A program made the position numbers and the translations under genes. Positions 45,846 through 55,232 of a stretch of 64,000 nt of DNA are shown here, in pieces. The stretch comes from an uncultured Gammaproteobacteria bacterium (GTDB taxonomy: Bacteria; Patescibacteriota; Microgenomatia; UBA10105; UBA927). How positions within the stretch are numbered: the stretch's first letter is position 1; each line of letters starts with the position of its first letter. Below the pieces are notes generated by a model, which was not told the origin of the DNA, ran no database searches, and saw nothing but the letters and a program-made list of their open reading frames with translations. Location: assembly GCA_964445435.1 (NCBI GenBank), contig CAYUKU010000007.1:3653-67652 (forward strand), in the 5' to 3' direction.

Positions 45846-46382
45846 TTATGGACCGACCTTCATCGGCTTGGCGACCGTGGTGACCGGTAGGTCGAGTTTG
45901 ACGCCGAGGAAGAGCGTATCGTACATCTCTTCCGGGATGGCTTCGCCGTAGGCGGCAACGCCTTGTGCGTACGTGGCGTATTCGATGTTCGTTGCTTTTG
46001 CGACATAGGCATATACCATCGCGATGGACTTGTTGATGGTTTCGCCGTTTTGGATGCCACCGATTTTCTGCGCCATGCATGCCGCGAAGACCCCTAAGTT
46101 GAGGTCGAACACGGTGTCGCCATTCACCTGGTAGCCCTTGTCCAAGGTGAAGGTAAGCGGCTCATCCTGCAGGGACACGACCGTAATGTCCGTAGTGCAG
46201 GATTCAATCCGCATTAGCCGGGTCCACGCCACCCAATTCACGAGGTTGATCTGGATGTCAGTGTCCACAATCATCTCGCTTTTGATGGTCGGGGTGACCA
46301 CGCCTTCTGCGGGGTTTCCTCCTCCAAGTCCAGCACAACCAACAAGGAGGAAGGACAATAAAATGGGGAACAACTTTCTCAT
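45846..46382 (-). CDS. Lipoprotein
   Basis: MRKLFPILLSFLLVGC lipobox; AGGAG SD. Confidence 0.8.
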   Translation of the reverse strand: MRKLFPILLSFLLVGCAGLGGGNPAEGVVTPTIKSEMIVDTDIQINLVNWVAWTRLMRIESCTTDITVVSLQDEPLTFTLDKGYQVNGDTVFDLNLGVFAACMAQKIGGIQNGETINKSIAMVYAYVAKATNIEYATYAQGVAAYGEAIPEEMYDTLFLGVKLDLPVTTVAKPMKVGP

Positions 46383-46690
46383 GGAACACTCTCCTGAAAA
46401 TAAGATAGACACGCCTCAAAGAACACGAGTCGTGTGCTTCATTGGCGCGTCTATGTTCATTCGTTCGGTTGGAAAAGAGCAAATCCTGATCGTCAGTCTG
46501 CCCCGCATTGTGAGGTAGATGACAAAACAAGACCCATAGTATATAATTTGATGTTTGACAACGCAAGTGGCATACAGTTGTATACGGAAATAGCATATTC
46601 TGTATCTGTCTCTAGGGTGGAAGAAGGGGGAAAATGTACGATCGTATCCAAAGGCGCCACGCGCCTACTTGTTTATCGTCTGGAGGACGT

Positions 46691-47209
46691 ATGAAAAGTA
46701 CCTTCACTGTTGGTGCAGTGGTCTTGCTTTTACTGGCTATGACCTCGTGTCTCCCACAACCTGCGCAGGCGCAACCGCCCGCAGAGGAAAATTCAATGGT
46801 CAACAATGCCGCTGAGGCTGTCGTTGTCGCGCCCATTCCCGCGGACACGCCAACATCTGTCCCATCGCAGATCCCTGAGCCGACTCCGGTCGTCCCAGGA
46901 GTGAAAGCAACGGGAACGATCACCCAGGATGGCGAGCAGGCAGTGCTTCGCCTGCTTTTGGTTAATACCTCGACTGGTTCGCTTCTTTTTAGCAAACAGC
47001 AGTTTATTGTGAAGGTGGGGGGCGAAACTGCCTGCAATGCGGAAACGAATTCAGCAGAAGTGTTCTGCGTGATCAAGGTGAAACCCGTCACGTCAGTGAC
47101 ACTGAAGGTCAATGATTTGACCACAGGCGACCGATGCACCATGGAATTTCCCGACGTTTACCCAAGTCCCGATGGGACGAAAATCGAGGCGCGCTGCGTC
47201 TACGAGTGA
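46691..47209 (+). CDS. Lipoprotein with Pro-rich linker
   Basis: GGAGG SD; MKSTF...LLAMTSC. Confidence 0.8.
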   Translation: MKSTFTVGAVVLLLLAMTSCLPQPAQAQPPAEENSMVNNAAEAVVVAPIPADTPTSVPSQIPEPTPVVPGVKATGTITQDGEQAVLRLLLVNTSTGSLLFSKQQFIVKVGGETACNAETNSAEVFCVIKVKPVTSVTLKVNDLTTGDRCTMEFPDVYPSPDGTKIEARCVYE

Positions 47210-47224
47210 TGAGTCGGGGAAAAT

Positions 47225-47260
47225 GCCCGGATTTGGAATGTACGCCATCCGGGCTTTTTT
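47225..47260 (+). terminator. Intrinsic terminator
   Basis: GCCCGGAT...ATCCGGGCTTTTTT. Confidence 0.7.
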
Positions 47261-47270
47261 GTGGGAAAGT

Positions 47271-47346
47271 TGGTCGGGACGGGCAGACTTGAACTGCCGA
47301 CCTCACGGTCCCGAACCGTGCGTTCTACCAACTGAACTACGTCCCG
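47271..47346 (-). tRNA. tRNA-Pro(CGG)
   Basis: Cloverleaf CGGGACG...TTCGGGA...GTTCAAG...CGTCCCG-A-CCA. Confidence 0.95.
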
Positions 47347-47422
47347 TTATGTTGGTATTCTAACATAAAACCAGCTACAATTATTGGCGCGGTCGGGAAA
47401 AATCGCTCGGTTTGTCCCGGAT

Positions 47423-47494
47423 GTCCCCGTAGCTCAACGGATAGAGCAGAGGTTTCCTAAACCTCCGATGTAGGTTCAATTCCTACCGGGGATA
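47423..47494 (+). tRNA. tRNA-Arg(CCT), CCA not encoded
   Basis: GTCCCCG-TAGCTC...GAGGT-TTCCTAA-ACCTC...GGTTCAATTCC...CGGGGAT-A. Confidence 0.93.
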
Positions 47495-47515
47495 CTGATT
47501 TTCTTTCGTAACACT

Positions 47516-47968
47516 ATGAACATGGAGGCCGACGCATTGTTACAAAGCGCGATAGTCGCAGAGCCGCAAGAGGTGGATCCTCAGTTATTTGATGATCCGG
47601 CGACGAAAATTCTCGTGCTGTGCCATCACGCTCAAAGCAGAAGCAAAATGGTGGGCCGTATTCTTGACGACCTTGGTTATACAAGTGTGAACATCTTAGG
47701 GATTCGTGATCCGGCAACGACACGCACAGATCAGCTGGAGCTCATGAGGCAGGCAGCCATCATTATATCCACTGGAAAAGATATAACGGCCGAAACAAAA
47801 TATTATCTGAAGGATCATCAGCATGGAGTCATTATGGAGGTCCCATTCACCGAGCGTGAACATGCGCGGATTGTTGTTACCCAGGGTCGGGATAAAGAAT
47901 TGAAGCAACGAGTGAAAGATCGGGTTCTTCAATTAGGATTTCACGATGTGCATAAGAAGTCGGATTGA
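47516..47968 (+). CDS. LMW phosphotyrosine phosphatase/ArsC-fold protein
   Basis: KILVLCHHAQSRS (CX5RS P-loop). Confidence 0.65.
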   Translation: MNMEADALLQSAIVAEPQEVDPQLFDDPATKILVLCHHAQSRSKMVGRILDDLGYTSVNILGIRDPATTRTDQLELMRQAAIIISTGKDITAETKYYLKDHQHGVIMEVPFTEREHARIVVTQGRDKELKQRVKDRVLQLGFHDVHKKSD

Positions 47969-48031
47969 ATCATTAAGATACTTATAGCTATTATTTGATA
48001 TTGTCTAAACACGGGTATATAATTCCGCATC

Positions 48032-48724
48032 ATGGTCCTCGACGAAACAAGACATTACATTCACAAAGCCCAGGCGTTTCTCGCAAAGACCGAAGGGGAG
48101 CCGGGAGATTTCGTCGAAACTGCGCTTCGGGACTGGCAGAAAGCCCAATCACTCACCGAGCCTCACACATTCGTCATGCAGATCGGCAGATCGCACGGAT
48201 CTGCGCTTTGGGCTGTCTTGGCAATTGAACTTACCTCAGCGTCAAAGGCGTTTCAGGCATCACGTCCGACGATCCAGTGCACGATCCCGCTTCACGAAGG
48301 AACGAAGCCATACGCTGATCATGAAAAAGGAATACCATGGATGGCAAGGGCAAATCGAAAGGCACTCCTTGATCTGGAGACAGACGCGTCACCTGCCAGA
48401 GTAGATGCCGTGAAAGCATACGGTGCGATGAGTTTGATGCACAATGCTACATATGGTCCGTTTCATGCATCGACTTCGGGTGGCGGGTATGGAGATTTTT
48501 CGCTTCATATTTCTGAAGCACAGTGGACGGTGTTCCCGGATAGCTTCACGATCGCCTTTGCCCAGACACGCGGCAGGAATGAATTGAGTGTCGCCCGAAC
48601 GAACCTATTCGTAGCCTCGGCCCTCTATGGAAGCATCACCCTCGAAGAAACATTTTCCTTCTCGTTCATGCCCGCTGACCGGGATCTCCTCGTGCGCGAA
48701 GCGGCGCCAATTAGCGCAAGTTGA
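48032..48724 (+). CDS. Hypothetical protein
   Basis: TATAAT 8 nt before ATG. Confidence 0.7.
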   Translation: MVLDETRHYIHKAQAFLAKTEGEPGDFVETALRDWQKAQSLTEPHTFVMQIGRSHGSALWAVLAIELTSASKAFQASRPTIQCTIPLHEGTKPYADHEKGIPWMARANRKALLDLETDASPARVDAVKAYGAMSLMHNATYGPFHASTSGGGYGDFSLHISEAQWTVFPDSFTIAFAQTRGRNELSVARTNLFVASALYGSITLEETFSFSFMPADRDLLVREAAPISAS

Positions 48725-49997
48725 CGCTGTAAAGATTGGGAAGCGTGCTGACTCCCGGATTGAGATTGGTCATAATGACGATGCGAGAGCCATTGCTCCA
48801 CGGCGCCACAAATCCATCCGAGAGCGGTCCTGCATAGACCGTCACCCAGTTGGTGCGGTCATACTCCATGATATCGATCTTCCCGGGAAGGGTAAGAAGA
48901 ATATGCCGACTCGTGGGGAACCAGTGGATAAAGGGCGAGCCTTGGGTCGTAATGTCGGGAATTGACATCGTTTTCGGCGTCGAGGTTGGCTTGCGGGTTG
49001 GCGCCGGCGTGACTTTCGCCGATGGGAGCTCTTTCTTGTCCAGGATGAAGAAATTTTTGTCTTCTTTGCTGTCATAGACATAGAATGATCCGGGTTTGAT
49101 ATCGCGGGTTTCTTGGGTTGAGTTTGTTCCTATAAGAGGCGGATTGATCACCATTGGTATGGTTGCGGCGGCAGTCGCTTCATAGAGCAGTTTGGTCTCG
49201 TCGGGAGAAAGGGAGATAACTTTAGCACTCGACGTGGCGATATCGATAATCGGCTGTTTGAATGCGGCCAATCTCTGACGGTCCTTGATAATACGCTCTT
49301 CTTCCCAATCCGTCAGGAGTGTTTTATAGGTAGCAGTCGCCTGGATACTTTTGCCAGGCTCATTGACGTCAAAGATGCGGGCACCGAATCCCTTCGTGAT
49401 GGCAAGAATTTGCGTGGAATCCGGCGACCAGGTGAGCGTAGCCGTGCTTACGTCAAACGTATCATCAAGCAGCGCAAGCTGGATGGGATCGCGGTTTCGC
49501 CCAAGAGGTGCGTCTGAGAGCGCGTAGACCCACAGGCCGGCCTTCTTCGTGAGGCCGTTGTCCAGGTGTCCTTTGGGGATCGTGTAGGCGATCTTGCTGC
49601 CGTCAGGCGACAAAATGGGATTCTGGATGCCCAGCGTCGTGAGCGGCGAGAGGCTCGGATTGGTGGGAAACAGAAACGCGTCAGCGCGGGCTACGATTTC
49701 TCCCTGGACGCGCAGTTTCTTTTGCCAGGGAATGTAGCCTTCTTTAGAGATTGTGACGCTGTACCACCCGGGGTCGACGGCAAACGAATTATTGGTCGCG
49801 GTTTTGAGTGTTCCTTCTATGAAGACTTGGGCGCCCACCGGGTCACTGGTGGCGGAGATAAGGCCGGTCGGTTTGAATCCGCTTTTGGTGACGTCGACGC
49901 GGTAACCCCGGCCGTAGGCAATGACCGCGAGAGAAACTCCAAGAATGGAACATAAAGTAACAAATGGGATCAAAAAGGATCTGATTTTGGCCACCAT
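48711..49997 (-). CDS. PEGA domain and TolB/PD40-like propeller membrane protein
   Basis: SDPVGAQVFIEG...ISKEGYIPW; SPDGSKIAY, WSPDS repeats. Confidence 0.85.
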   Translation of the reverse strand: MVAKIRSFLIPFVTLCSILGVSLAVIAYGRGYRVDVTKSGFKPTGLISATSDPVGAQVFIEGTLKTATNNSFAVDPGWYSVTISKEGYIPWQKKLRVQGEIVARADAFLFPTNPSLSPLTTLGIQNPILSPDGSKIAYTIPKGHLDNGLTKKAGLWVYALSDAPLGRNRDPIQLALLDDTFDVSTATLTWSPDSTQILAITKGFGARIFDVNEPGKSIQATATYKTLLTDWEEERIIKDRQRLAAFKQPIIDIATSSAKVISLSPDETKLLYEATAAATIPMVINPPLIGTNSTQETRDIKPGSFYVYDSKEDKNFFILDKKELPSAKVTPAPTRKPTSTPKTMSIPDITTQGSPFIHWFPTSRHILLTLPGKIDIMEYDRTNWVTVYAGPLSDGFVAPWSNGSRIVIMTNLNPGVSTLPNLYSVNLR

Positions 49998-50070
49998 GTC
50001 TCGGTATTATACCAGCGAGTATGCTAGAATACCAACACTCTCTGTTTGGGTAATTTTCCAAGCAAATAGT

Positions 50071-51105
50071 ATGTTGAACAGATTCACGAAACGCATTGGT
50101 ATAGACCTAGGTACCGCGAATAGTTTGGTTTGGCTGGCCGGCGAGGGGGTCGTCATGAATGAGCCCACAGTTGTAGCCGTGACGGTCGACGACAACCGTG
50201 TGGTTGCAGTAGGAAACGAGGCTAAGGAGATGCTTGGGCGCACTCCCGGAAACATCATGGCCACGCGTCCGATGCGCGACGGGGTGATTGCCGATTATCG
50301 CATCACAGAGGCCCTTCTTTCGTATTTCATCGACAGGGTGGCGGGCCGGAATCGCTTCTTCAAGCCCGAAGTGATGATCTGCGTCCCCAGTGGGGTGACG
50401 CAGGTAGAGCGTAGGGCTGTTCTGGATGCCACGCTTTCTGCTGGTGCGCGCGTGGCGTATCTTATAGAGGAGCCGCTTGCTGCGGCCATAGGCGCCAAAA
50501 TTCCCATCGCCCAGGCCTCAGGCCATATGATTGTCGATATCGGCGGCGGATCGACTGAGGCGGCAGTCGTGTCTCTCGGGGGCGTCGTGGTGCACAAAAG
50601 CGCCCGTGTGGCAGGAAACAAGCTGGACGAGGCTATCGCACTGGCTATCAAGAAGAAGCACAACCTCATCATTGGCGAACGGATGGCCGAGACGATAAAA
50701 ATAACCATCGGCGACGCGATGGGTGGCGATTCATCAACTCGTCTGGAAGGGGCGGTTGAGACGATGGAGGTTCGCGGGCGGGACGCCGTGACGGGCCTGC
50801 CGCGAATGATCGAGCTTACCCGCGCTGAGGTAACCGAGGCGATCGCTCCCGTGCTTCATCAGATCATCGGGGCCGTGAAGGACGTGCTGGAAAATACGCC
50901 TCCGGAGCTTGCTGCCGATATCATTGACAAAGGAATCGTGATGGCCGGAGGCACGAGTCAACTCACGAACTTGGATCGTCTTATGACCCGGGAGACGGGG
51001 GTCGTGTGTCATGTGGCAGACGAACCGCTTCTGTGTGTTGTCCGCGGGACGGGGGTGGCGATAGAAAATATCGAATTATACAAGCGGAGTGTGAATAGAA
51101 AGTAG
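50071..51105 (+). CDS. mreB: Rod shape-determining protein MreB
   Basis: IGIDLGTANS, RPMRDGVIAD, VDIGGGSTE, TPPELAADI. Confidence 0.96.
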   Translation: MLNRFTKRIGIDLGTANSLVWLAGEGVVMNEPTVVAVTVDDNRVVAVGNEAKEMLGRTPGNIMATRPMRDGVIADYRITEALLSYFIDRVAGRNRFFKPEVMICVPSGVTQVERRAVLDATLSAGARVAYLIEEPLAAAIGAKIPIAQASGHMIVDIGGGSTEAAVVSLGGVVVHKSARVAGNKLDEAIALAIKKKHNLIIGERMAETIKITIGDAMGGDSSTRLEGAVETMEVRGRDAVTGLPRMIELTRAEVTEAIAPVLHQIIGAVKDVLENTPPELAADIIDKGIVMAGGTSQLTNLDRLMTRETGVVCHVADEPLLCVVRGTGVAIENIELYKRSVNRK

Positions 51106-51237
51106 TATAGTCCTATAGAGAGAAAATATCGACAAATTTTGAGAAAATAAAATAAATTGTCGAGAAGAGAAAATTATATCCTAGAGTAATTATTTTTTGA
51201 TTCAGAACTTTCAGAAACATATCACAATTATTTTATT

Positions 51238-52119
51238 ATGAGCTTATCTGCGGTAAAAATACTGGGAATAAAGGTCACTAATTCTCCGAAAAAAGAAATC
51301 CTAGAAGAAATCGAGAAAGGACTTCATTTCGACCGGAAAATCGACCGGTCCGTGTCCGGAAAAACAGGGAAAATCTTCTTTGTTGTGACCCCGAATCCCG
51401 AGCAAATCGTTCTCGCCCAAAAGGATTCCGGATATAGAAAAATTCTCAATTGGGCCAATGTGGCGCTCCCGGATGGTGATGGTCTCGTGTGGGCCGGGTG
51501 GAAATTGGCGCAGGGAAATCGGAGGAGAAGAGAGAGGCCTATAACACAGGCGATCCATGGGGTAGAGTTTATGGACAACTTGGTGGACATGGCGGCAAAA
51601 CGGCGCGTTCCAATAGCACTTATCGGCGGTTACGGTGATTTAGCAGTCGATACACTCAAGTGCTTACAGGTGTCACATAAAGGTCTGACAGGGGTGGCGC
51701 TTAAGGCTCCGATGATGAAAGTGGCGGATGGGTATTTGAAAATAGAGCATCAGGACGATATTTCCGGATATTTCCAGACGACAGCCCGTACAATCGCCGA
51801 CAGCGGCGCGAAAATGGTCTTTATTGCCCTCGGTGCTCCGAAACAGGAGTATTATATGAAGGCGTTAGCAGACGAGTTGGAGAAAGTGACAAAAGTTCCC
51901 GTGCTTCTCATGGTCGTTGGCGGATCCTTCAGCATCATAACCGGACAGATTCCGCGAGCGCCACGTTCCTTCCGCCGGTTTCGGATTCCGTTTTTCGGAA
52001 ACGCGATTGGCGGCGAGTGGTTGTGGCGCCTTATCCGCGAGCCGTGGCGCTTTCGTCGACAGCTGGCGTTGGTGGAATTTGTTTTTCTGGTCCAGAAAGA
52101 GCGCTTCCTATCGCGCTAA
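51238..52119 (+). CDS. WecB/TagA/CpsF family glycosyltransferase
   Basis: VTPNPE, PDGDG, ALGAPKQE, EWLWRLIREPWR. Confidence 0.92.
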   Translation: MSLSAVKILGIKVTNSPKKEILEEIEKGLHFDRKIDRSVSGKTGKIFFVVTPNPEQIVLAQKDSGYRKILNWANVALPDGDGLVWAGWKLAQGNRRRRERPITQAIHGVEFMDNLVDMAAKRRVPIALIGGYGDLAVDTLKCLQVSHKGLTGVALKAPMMKVADGYLKIEHQDDISGYFQTTARTIADSGAKMVFIALGAPKQEYYMKALADELEKVTKVPVLLMVVGGSFSIITGQIPRAPRSFRRFRIPFFGNAIGGEWLWRLIREPWRFRRQLALVEFVFLVQKERFLSR

Positions 52120-52145
52120 ATACGTTCAAAGCTTAGCTTTGAAAT
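52112..52145 (-). repeat. REP-like palindrome family A, copy 8
   Basis: CGCGCTAAATACG-TTCAAAGCTTAGCTTTGAAAT. Confidence 0.9.
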
Positions 52146-52368
52146 GATTTCTTATTCTTCAGTTTGTAGATATAGTTTTCTTGTAAATAAATATATTTAG
52201 ATATATAAAGTATCAATAAAGTACTTGAAAAACTTTTTTAGGCTTGTTTGATATGTCAAACATAATCAAATATATACAAAAAGAGCACCGGATGGAGAGT
52301 TGTCAACACAGGCGATCGCCTGGGCTCCAAAGAACGGCGCTCTTCGTGCAGCGTTGAATGAATGTGCG

Positions 52369-52623
52369 TTATGAGTCGGGATCCTGCTCGTCAGGGAGGT
52401 TGAATCCCCGGTGCCGCGAATGGGCGCCCACTTCGGCTGGTGTGAGGAGGTAAACAAACTCGACGGAGGCAAGCTCCATATAGCCGAGCTCTTCGCCGTG
52501 GTCGCAGACCAATGTAGCGGTCTGTTCTTCCGGGTCTACCCGCCAGACGCTTGCGTCTTCACCGTGTTCGATGGTGAAGAAATCCCCTTCTTTCAATGAT
52601 TCTGATGATACGTGTGTTGACAT
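52369..52623 (-). CDS. Small acidic protein (84 aa)
   Basis: GAGG/AAGGA before ATG; long structured leader. Confidence 0.6.
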   Translation of the reverse strand: MSTHVSSESLKEGDFFTIEHGEDASVWRVDPEEQTATLVCDHGEELGYMELASVEFVYLLTPAEVGAHSRHRGFNLPDEQDPDS

Positions 52624-52960
52624 TTCCTTTTACCTCAAAAATAATTTCCCTCGCCCTTTGGTATAGTTTGGATGCCCGTTTCGTCATCCAGAGCGAAGGC
52701 TACGGGGGTTATGCCTGCCAGACGCGCGTCGATCGTCGACGCCATAGAAGCGGATTGCGGCAAGTGAAAAAAATCGCGAATACCAGTCGGCTTTGCGCGA
52801 CGCAAAACCCTGGTCGCCTCATCGGCGCCCTACCGTGGAGGTGGGAGATTCGCTATGGCCTATAATATCATAATTAGACGGTAAGATCAAGCTATTTTTG
52901 CGTTCTTCTACCACACTGGATATAATGCACTCTAAAGGCGCTGGGGGGGCGCGATCACGA

Positions 52961-54193
52961 ATGAAAATCATGTTCCTCTATATGTTCCCTTTATGGGGCA
53001 ATGGGTCAGGCGCCTGGCTTCGGGCACTTGCTGCCGAAATGGTGAAAGACGGCAATGAGGTCGCAATCGTCTCCCCGGAACACCGCACGCTCCCGGGCAT
53101 CAAGCATTACCTCGTCACGCCGCCTCAGATGGGAGTATTTGTGGGCAACCCGGAGCTGCCGGATATCAAAAAATACGAGGACATGAGCGGGGTAGAATTG
53201 GGGAAAATATACACCGCGTATATTAACGCCACGCTTGCGGCGGTCAAGGACTTCCAGCCGGAGATTATCCACGCGTTCCACACAGCGTTCCTTCCTCCGG
53301 TTGCCCGTATCGCCAAAATTATGTATGGGACACGGTATGTGGTGACGACGCACGGGAGCGACCTTCACTACCTCAACCGCGACCGGCGGCTCGTGGGGCT
53401 TATCCGCGATGCATTGGATGTTTCTGCCGCCATCACGGCCAACAGTGCTTTCACCAGGCGGTGGTTTCTCAAAATGTTCGGTCCGCAATTCGACCGCAAA
53501 CTGCGCACAATCCCGGGTGGCGTCTATCTTGATGAGTATAAGCGCGACGCGGCGATGATTGCGCAGATGAATGAAAAATACGACCTGAAAGGCAAGAAAG
53601 TCGTCCTCTTCACCGGCCGCCTCACGCCGCAGAAAGGCGTGGATTACCTCATCCGTGCGGCCAAAAACATCCATGGCGAGGTGCTTATCCTCGGCGACGG
53701 GCCGGAGCGTCCGAAACTGGAAAAACTCATTACCGACCTGAAAGTTGCCAACTGCCGCATCCTGGGCTATATGAGCCCGAAAGAACAAGTGAACTTCAAA
53801 GCGTTCTACGCCCGCGCTGACGTGTATGTGGCGCCGTCTACCTGGAAAGAGCCGCTCGGACTCGTCATCCTCGAGGCGATGGCCGCCAAAACACCTGTTG
53901 TTTCCACACGCGCAGGAGGCGTCATGAGCCTCATTAAGGACGGCTATAACGGGTATCTCGTTCATGTGAAGCGAAGTGATGAAATTGCATCACGGGTGAA
54001 TGAGCTTCTGGGAAATGATAAATTGCGCGAAAAGATGGCAGAGCGCTCTTATGAGCTTGTGGTTAAGAAGTTTACGTGGGGCAAAATTGCCGAACAGTTT
54101 GAGTCTATCTACAAAAAGTACGCTTCCAACACCAAAGAATACCTGCGCCTGGTGAAGGCAGGGGTGCAGAAGGCAAACGGGCAAAGCAAATAA
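52961..54193 (+). CDS. Glycosyltransferase family 4
   Basis: TTHGSDL, FTGRLTPQKG, EPLGLVILEAMA. Confidence 0.93.
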   Translation: MKIMFLYMFPLWGNGSGAWLRALAAEMVKDGNEVAIVSPEHRTLPGIKHYLVTPPQMGVFVGNPELPDIKKYEDMSGVELGKIYTAYINATLAAVKDFQPEIIHAFHTAFLPPVARIAKIMYGTRYVVTTHGSDLHYLNRDRRLVGLIRDALDVSAAITANSAFTRRWFLKMFGPQFDRKLRTIPGGVYLDEYKRDAAMIAQMNEKYDLKGKKVVLFTGRLTPQKGVDYLIRAAKNIHGEVLILGDGPERPKLEKLITDLKVANCRILGYMSPKEQVNFKAFYARADVYVAPSTWKEPLGLVILEAMAAKTPVVSTRAGGVMSLIKDGYNGYLVHVKRSDEIASRVNELLGNDKLREKMAERSYELVVKKFTWGKIAEQFESIYKKYASNTKEYLRLVKAGVQKANGQSK

Positions 54194-54236
54194 TTTTCAG
54201 ATTGCGCCCGTCCATAGGAGAGAGTAGCATGGATAT

Positions 54237-55232
54237 ATGGTAGGCGTGTCTATCGTCATCCCGACGTTTCAACGGATTGATCAGACCCTCAGAACGATCG
54301 AGTTCCTCCTGTCCTCTGCTGGACGCGGATCGTCATTTGATCTGGAGGTGATCGTGGCTGACAGCACGCCGGACATGTCGCTTCGCGACGCGATTTTTAC
54401 CAAATATCAGAAAAATATTCTCTACGTCCGCCCCGATGCGCCGGGCATCGCCGCCAATAAAAACGCCGGAGCAAAAGTTGCCAAACATCCGCTCATTATC
54501 TTCTGTGATTCCGATATCGAGGTGGATCCGGGAACGGTGCTTCATACGGTCGAGTCACTCAAGAGTCACACTACTGCTTCGGCGGTAAGCGGAGTGGTTG
54601 TCTGGCGGGGAGGACCGCACGACGGCGAGTACGACCGGCCCAGACCGGAAGACCGCATGAAGCTTGTGGCCCCCACCACCTATACGGAGGCCATCTATTC
54701 GCGCTATATGGCAACTTACAAGGATGTCTTCACGGCCGTCGGCGGATATGATGAGATCGTGTTTAACATGCGCGGAGAGGGATCTGATCTTTCTGCGCGG
54801 TATTGGCGGGCCGGGTATCCTCTCGTGTATGACAGTGATATCATCGTCCATCATGTTCATGACGCGCCCGATTCTGCGGCGCTTCGGGTAGATCATCCGG
54901 AGTGGGATATCGCCAAGGATCTCTTGCTGCTGGCCTACAAATACAACATGTTTGACCGGGACTATCCCGCGTTTGCCTCGACGGTTGCCATGAACTTCGT
55001 GACGTTCGGAAATAGAAGTACATACCGGTTCATGCAGGGAATAGGGAAGCATGCGGAGCTTCTGGTGAAAGCCAAACCGATTCTGGATGCGTTCCGGTCG
55101 GCGGATAAGCCGGTGTATGATTTCAAATTCTTGGAAGTGTTCTCTCAGGCGAAACTGTTTGAGGAGTGTATCGGAAGTGCCGCCAAGCGCCTCGAGGCCG
55201 TGCGCGCTGCCACGTTTGGTCAGAACGGTTGA
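54237..55232 (+). CDS. Glycosyltransferase family 2
   Basis: SIVIPTF, NAGA, FCDSD, GGYDE. Confidence 0.88.
   Translation: MVGVSIVIPTFQRIDQTLRTIEFLLSSAGRGSSFDLEVIVADSTPDMSLRDAIFTKYQKNILYVRPDAPGIAANKNAGAKVAKHPLIIFCDSDIEVDPGTVLHTVESLKSHTTASAVSGVVVWRGGPHDGEYDRPRPEDRMKLVAPTTYTEAIYSRYMATYKDVFTAVGGYDEIVFNMRGEGSDLSARYWRAGYPLVYDSDIIVHHVHDAPDSAALRVDHPEWDIAKDLLLLAYKYNMFDRDYPAFASTVAMNFVTFGNRSTYRFMQGIGKHAELLVKAKPILDAFRSADKPVYDFKFLEVFSQAKLFEECIGSAAKRLEAVRAATFGQNG

Noticed and set aside
47271-47520. tRNA-targeted integrated element
   Set aside because: No integrase and no duplicated tRNA 3' end seen in the window
2717-52145. Palindromes as a CRISPR array or as intrinsic terminators
   Set aside because: They are kilobases apart and in both orientations, lack consistent U-tracts, and are tied to a RAYT gene
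52780-52830. c-di-GMP-I riboswitch (GACGCAAAACC)
   Set aside because: No upstream GGCAAAC/GNRA P2 element in the right arrangement; the word is explained by a simple hairpin
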